Shown: positions 59,628-64,000 of the stretch, piece after piece
Layout of the letters: the number at the start of each line of letters is the position of its first letter
How positions within the stretch are numbered: position 1 is the first letter of the stretch
Source: Candidatus Bathyarchaeia archaeon
Lineage (GTDB): Archaea; Thermoproteota; Bathyarchaeia; Bathyarchaeales; Bathycorpusculaceae
Reading direction: 5' to 3'
Assembly: GCA_038883655.1 (NCBI GenBank)
Contig: JAVZLQ010000003.1
Location: 96,001-160,000, forward strand
DNA length: 64,000 bases
Notes under the pieces: generated by a model
Told to the model about the DNA's origin: nothing
What the model saw: the letters and a program-made list of their open reading frames with translations, nothing else
Databases searched by the model: none
Position numbers and translations under genes: made by a program

Positions 59628-62069
59628 TTAATTTCCTCCAAAAGCTTTTTCAAAAGCCTTTTTAGAGCGCTCTATTTCTTCAAGCGAAATTTTCTCTATC
59701 ATTTTTTGCATCTCACGGATTTTTGAGGCGATTCTTTCGCCTTCCGCCGCAGAAACCCACAAAAGTTGAAGCCTCTCCTTATTCAATTCCAACTGTTCCA
59801 TTCTTTTCCAGAAGCGTTCCACACGCCTTTGGGTTTGGTAGTTGGCGTTTATGTAGTGGCAATCTCCTGGATGACAACCAGCAACAAGCACTGCTGCGGC
59901 GCCTCTGGCGAAGGCTCTTTCGATGAATTTTGGTGAAACTCGTCCAGAACACATCGTTCTTATTATTCGGACACTTGGCGGATACTGCATTCTGCTCACT
60001 CCAGCGAAGTCCGCGCCTGCATAGGCGCACCAGTTGCAGCAGAAGGCAACAATCTTTCTATGTGCATCATGTTCCGTTACGGCGTCTATTTGCGCAAGAA
60101 TCTGCTTGTCTGTGAAGTGTTTTTGAGTTAAGGCTTCAAATGGGCATTCGGCTGCACATGTTCCACAGCCGCCGCAAGCCGCCTCTATCACTTCTACACG
60201 CTTAAGCTCTTTATTTAGCGTTAAAGCGTTGTAGGGACAAACTTTTGTGCAAAGTCCGCATGCCTTACATTTTTCCGTAAAAGTCACAGGTGTTATTGCC
60301 TCAACGGCTATTTTGCCCTTGGCCATTAAAATTCCAGCTCTAGCCGCGGCAGCGCTTGCTTGTGTCACGCTGTCCTTTATGTCTTTAGGCGCTTCGGCGC
60401 ATCCTGCAAAAAATATGCCGCCAGTTGCGGCATCCACGGGCCTAAGCTTTGGATGTGCTTCCATGAAGAACCCGTATTGTGTTCGGGAGAGAGTTAGCAG
60501 ACGCTGTATCACTTCGCTGTCTTTTCGCGGTTCCAAGCCAACTGACAAGATTACCATGTCAACATTTATTTTGTACAACTCTTTCTGCAACGTATTTTCG
60601 CCAACAAGCCACAGGCTATGCGTTTTCTTATCTTCAATTATTTCTGCTGGCAGCCCACGTATGAATTTGACGCCTTCCTCCCTTGCCCTTCTATAAAGAT
60701 CTTCGAACCCCTTGCCATAAGCCCGTATGTCAACATAGAAAACGTAAATTTCAGTTTCAGGCCAGTGCTCCTTGATTAGGAGGCTGTCCTTAATCGTGTT
60801 CATGCAGCAGACGTTGCTGCAGTATTGTCTTTCGTTTCTGTTTGAGCGGGAGCCGACGCATTGAACGAATGCCACGCGCTTTGGTATTTGCTTGTCGCTT
60901 GGCCTTATTAGGCGCCCGCCAGAGGGCCCACCAGCATTAATAAGCCTTTCAAATTCGAGCGACGTTATAACGTTTGGATATTTTCCATATCCATAGTTTG
61001 GCAAGTTTGAGGGGTCAAAAATGTCTGCGCCTGTTGCCACAATTATTGTGCCGACGTCGATTTCTATTGTTTCGGGTTTCATGTCAAAGTTTATGGCTTG
61101 TCTTTCACATGCGCGCATACATTTATCGCAGACAATTATGCCTTCCTTGTTTAGGCAGAGGTTCATGTCTATTATGTATGTTGCTGGAACCGCTTGCGCA
61201 AAAGGAGTGTAAATTGCGTGTCTCATGGCTAAGCCCGCGTCGAACTCATTTGGGGCTGTGACTGGACAAACTTTAGCACATTCGCCGCATGCAGAACAGT
61301 CCTTCGTGACGTATCGGGGTTTTTTCAGTATTTTTACATGAAAATTGCCGATGTAGCCCTTCACGTCTACAACTTCGCTGTTGGTTAAAAGCTCAATGTT
61401 CGGGTGATGCCCAACATCAGACATCTTAGGCGCAAGAATACATATTGAACAATCCATCGTTGGAAACGTCTTGTCTATCCGCGCCATCATGCCGCCGATG
61501 CTTGGCTCTTTCTCAACAAGATAAACTTCATAACCAGTATCTGCGAGATCTAAGGCGGCTTGAATTCCAGCAACACCGCCGCCAATAACCAACGTCTTTC
61601 GAAGTATTGGAACTTCAATCTCCTCAAGGGACTGAAGCAGAGCAGCCTTTGCAACAGCCATCTTCACCAAATCTTTGGCTTTTTCTGTGGCAGCTTCACG
61701 ATCATATAAGTGGACCCAACTGCATTGTTCGCGTATGTTCGCCATCTCAAAAAGGTACTTGTTCAGCCCAGCTTCCTCGCAAATCTTTCGGAATGTTGGT
61801 TCATGAAGGCGCGGCGAACAAGATGCCACAACAACACGGTTAAGCCTATGCTCCTTAATATCATTCTTTATCATGGCTTGCCCTTGATCTGAACACGTAT
61901 ATCTATAGTCCTTGGCAAGAACAACATGTGGAAGCGTAGAGGCGAATTTGGCTACTTCTTCACAATCCACAGAGCCAGCAATGTTCAATCCGCAATGGCA
62001 AACATAAACGCCTATACGAACCTCTTCAGAAACCTCACCAGCTTTCTGCTTCTCATCCTCAACCATCAC
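59628..62069 (-). CDS. hdrA: Heterodisulfide reductase subunit A fused to C-terminal MvhD
   Basis: GVYVCHCG.NI, CSP, NIREQC, GGGVAG, DKTFPT.DC, QCVGSR..CSNVCC, EAHPKL, ferredoxin inserts; MvhD CCNWC, MCSGR, GCHPGDCHY. Confidence 0.92.
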   Translation of the reverse strand: MMVEDEKQKAGEVSEEVRIGVYVCHCGLNIAGSVDCEEVAKFASTLPHVVLAKDYRYTCSDQGQAMIKNDIKEHRLNRVVVASCSPRLHEPTFRKICEEAGLNKYLFEMANIREQCSWVHLYDREAATEKAKDLVKMAVAKAALLQSLEEIEVPILRKTLVIGGGVAGIQAALDLADTGYEVYLVEKEPSIGGMMARIDKTFPTMDCSICILAPKMSDVGHHPNIELLTNSEVVDVKGYIGNFHVKILKKPRYVTKDCSACGECAKVCPVTAPNEFDAGLAMRHAIYTPFAQAVPATYIIDMNLCLNKEGIIVCDKCMRACERQAINFDMKPETIEIDVGTIIVATGADIFDPSNLPNYGYGKYPNVITSLEFERLINAGGPSGGRLIRPSDKQIPKRVAFVQCVGSRSNRNERQYCSNVCCMNTIKDSLLIKEHWPETEIYVFYVDIRAYGKGFEDLYRRAREEGVKFIRGLPAEIIEDKKTHSLWLVGENTLQKELYKINVDMVILSVGLEPRKDSEVIQRLLTLSRTQYGFFMEAHPKLRPVDAATGGIFFAGCAEAPKDIKDSVTQASAAAARAGILMAKGKIAVEAITPVTFTEKCKACGLCTKVCPYNALTLNKELKRVEVIEAACGGCGTCAAECPFEALTQKHFTDKQILAQIDAVTEHDAHRKIVAFCCNWCAYAGADFAGVSRMQYPPSVRIIRTMCSGRVSPKFIERAFARGAAAVLVAGCHPGDCHYINANYQTQRRVERFWKRMEQLELNKERLQLLWVSAAEGERIASKIREMQKMIEKISLEEIERSKKAFEKAFGGN

Positions 62070-62070
62070 T

Positions 62071-63525
62071 TCATGCCCCCTCAGCCTTCAAGTAGCGGTC
62101 AATTGAGTTGGCGGCACGCTTTCCAGCGCAAATAGCTTCAATAACTGACGCTGGACCGGTGACAACGTCTCCGCCAGCGAAAACTCCGCGCATACTTGTC
62201 TCCATGGTTATGGGGTTAACCCAAATTGTTCCATCTTCATTAAGAACAACGTCTTTAGGCAGAAACTCTAAGTCTGGGGTCTCGCCAATAGCCAAAATGA
62301 CAGTATCTGCTTTGAAAACAAACTCTGAACCTTCTATTGGCAACGGTTTTCTTCTACCAGACTCGTCTAATTCGCCTAGTTTCATGCGAATAAATTCGAT
62401 GGCTGAAATTCGTCCATCTTCTCCCAGAATCCTCTTCGGAGCCGTTAGAAACTCCATCTTTACGCCTGTTCCTTCCGCTTCTTTAACTTCCCATGGATTT
62501 GCGGGCATTTCAGCCTTTGACCTTCGATAAAATATTGTCACATTTTCTGCACCAAGTTCTAAAGCAGTCCTTGCAGCGTCTACAGCCACGTTTCCGCCGC
62601 CAATAACTGCAACGTTTTTGCCAAGCGCAACGTTTACACCGTTCTTGACACGCCACAGAAAATCTAAAGCGTTAACCACGCCTTCTAGGTCTTCACCCTC
62701 AATTTTAAGCTTCTGACTCTTGTGGGCACCGACACCAACAAAAATAGCCTTATAACTCTTATCCCACAAACTGTTAAAACTTAAGTCCTTACCAACATGC
62801 ACGTTAACCTTAAACTCAACACCTAAATTACTCAAGAAACATAATTCTTCCTCCAAAATATCCCTCGGCAAGCGATGCTCTGGTATGCACTTTCTAAGCA
62901 TCCCCCCCAGTTCTGGCAGAGACTCAAAAACCGTTATTGGATAGCCACGTTGAACAAGTTCATAAGCAACAGTTAAACCTGCGGGTCCAGAGCCCAAAAC
63001 AGCTACTTTACATTCATCGTCTTTTAGCGCCTTTCTTGTTTTTGGTTTAGTGCGCTTGTCTCGAATTTTTTCTAAAATGTCTTGTATGTTAAGTCCGACG
63101 CGTTCTGGATGCAAGCATACAAGTGTGACCACAAGGGGTAATGGGACGTTTCGTGCAACTTTTTGCAAAGCTTTTTCTATGGGATTTAAGCAACCTCGTT
63201 TCACGGCGATTGTTCGCATAACAAGAAAGATTTCCGGAACTTCCAGAGCTTGGGGGCATCGCCTATAACATTTGTAGCACCATGCGCAAAGCCAAAGCTC
63301 ATGTGAAGATAAAGCATCTTCAGCGTTTAAGAAAATTTTTCCAAGAAGCCCTCGTGGATTATAATCTTCGCCGAGCAGTTCAGCCATTGAACAGCTTGCA
63401 GTACAAATGCCACATTCAAAACAGTGCTTAAGCTTTTCAATGTTTAGAAGCCTTCTGATTTCTTCATGCGTTGTGGCTTCCGCAGTAGCCAAGACTTGAG
63501 CCCTCTCATAGTTTGAGTTTTCCAT
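62071..63525 (-). CDS. HdrC-like 2[4Fe-4S] domain fused to GltD/NfnB/SudA-like FAD-NAD(P) oxidoreductase
   Basis: N-terminal CFECGICTASC and LWLCAWCYKCYRRCP; then GSGPAG, IP..RLP, GGGNVAVD, YRR, FAGGD. Confidence 0.82.
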   Translation of the reverse strand: MENSNYERAQVLATAEATTHEEIRRLLNIEKLKHCFECGICTASCSMAELLGEDYNPRGLLGKIFLNAEDALSSHELWLCAWCYKCYRRCPQALEVPEIFLVMRTIAVKRGCLNPIEKALQKVARNVPLPLVVTLVCLHPERVGLNIQDILEKIRDKRTKPKTRKALKDDECKVAVLGSGPAGLTVAYELVQRGYPITVFESLPELGGMLRKCIPEHRLPRDILEEELCFLSNLGVEFKVNVHVGKDLSFNSLWDKSYKAIFVGVGAHKSQKLKIEGEDLEGVVNALDFLWRVKNGVNVALGKNVAVIGGGNVAVDAARTALELGAENVTIFYRRSKAEMPANPWEVKEAEGTGVKMEFLTAPKRILGEDGRISAIEFIRMKLGELDESGRRKPLPIEGSEFVFKADTVILAIGETPDLEFLPKDVVLNEDGTIWVNPITMETSMRGVFAGGDVVTGPASVIEAICAGKRAANSIDRYLKAEGA

Positions 63526-63635
63526 GGATATAAAGGTTTACAAACGTAAAGGTTTCTAAATAACGCTCAACTCTACAAATGCGCAAGCACATTTTATAAG
63601 CTAAAATGGTGAAAAGAAAGGAAGGTGAAATGCAA

Positions 63636-64000
63636 ATGCGAAAAATAAGGGTTATTTTATTTGGCGTTGGTGCCGTTGGAACGCTGATCGCCAAATTTCT
63701 ATTAGAGAAAGATGGAATCGAAATTGTTGGGGCCGTGGACATCGCGAAAGATAAAGTAGGCAAAGACTTAGGTGAAGTGTTAGGAGTTCAAAGATGTCTT
63801 GGAATAAAGATTTTAAACAATGTGGATGAAGCATTGTCAAAGGTTAAAGCAGATCTGGCAATTCACACAACAACATCCTATCTCAAAGACACGTACCAGC
63901 AAATAGCTTCACTCATAAAAAACAGCGTAAAAGTGATATCCACATGTGAAGAATTAACTTACCCATACTACACCGAGCCAAAACTTGCAAAAGAATTAGA
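63636..64000 (+). CDS. NAD(P)-dependent amine/2,4-diaminopentanoate dehydrogenase-like (DapB-like N-terminus), 3' truncated
   Basis: Read manually: MRKIRVILFGVGAVG...IVGAVD..KVGKDLGE...HTTTS..VISTCEELTYP; SD AGGTGA; open to the window end. Confidence 0.75.
   Translation, partial: MRKIRVILFGVGAVGTLIAKFLLEKDGIEIVGAVDIAKDKVGKDLGEVLGVQRCLGIKILNNVDEALSKVKADLAIHTTTSYLKDTYQQIASLIKNSVKVISTCEELTYPYYTEPKLAKEL

Noticed and set aside
59628-62069. Selenocysteine recoding in HdrA/MvhD
   Set aside because: The ORF is uninterrupted, with Cys at the ligand positions

Overview
Gene-dense archaeal core-genome window. The gene set (eS17, eS1, TFE-beta, Topo VI, two thermosome subunits, KEOPS, CofE, HdrA-MvhD) fits a TACK archaeon, most likely Bathyarchaeia; this taxonomy is inferred. 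It holds about 70 CDS and one tRNA-Glu(CTC). Functions include translation and tRNA modification (Sua5 plus all four KEOPS subunits, TtuA with a SAMP, SerRS, aIF5B, ABCE1), proteostasis, histidine and serine catabolism, and two large surface proteins, one a C25 protease broken by frameshifts. No CRISPR array, rRNA, transposase or integrase was seen. Best leads: (1) a six-gene operon joining an HdrC::GltD/NfnB-like fusion, an HdrA::MvhD fusion and a 4-subunit 2-oxoacid:ferredoxin oxidoreductase, with no HdrB or hydrogenase in the operon; (2) an unannotated 23-aa Glu/Trp micro-ORF with its own promoter, SD and terminator just upstream of ABCE1; (3) a convergent rather than operonic hicB/hicA pair; (4) a PAC4/LpdD-like gene coupled to ubiD; (5) a candidate C/D-box sRNA and a perfect 11-bp inverted repeat in one divergent intergenic region. 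All family calls come from motif recognition by eye; no database searches were run.
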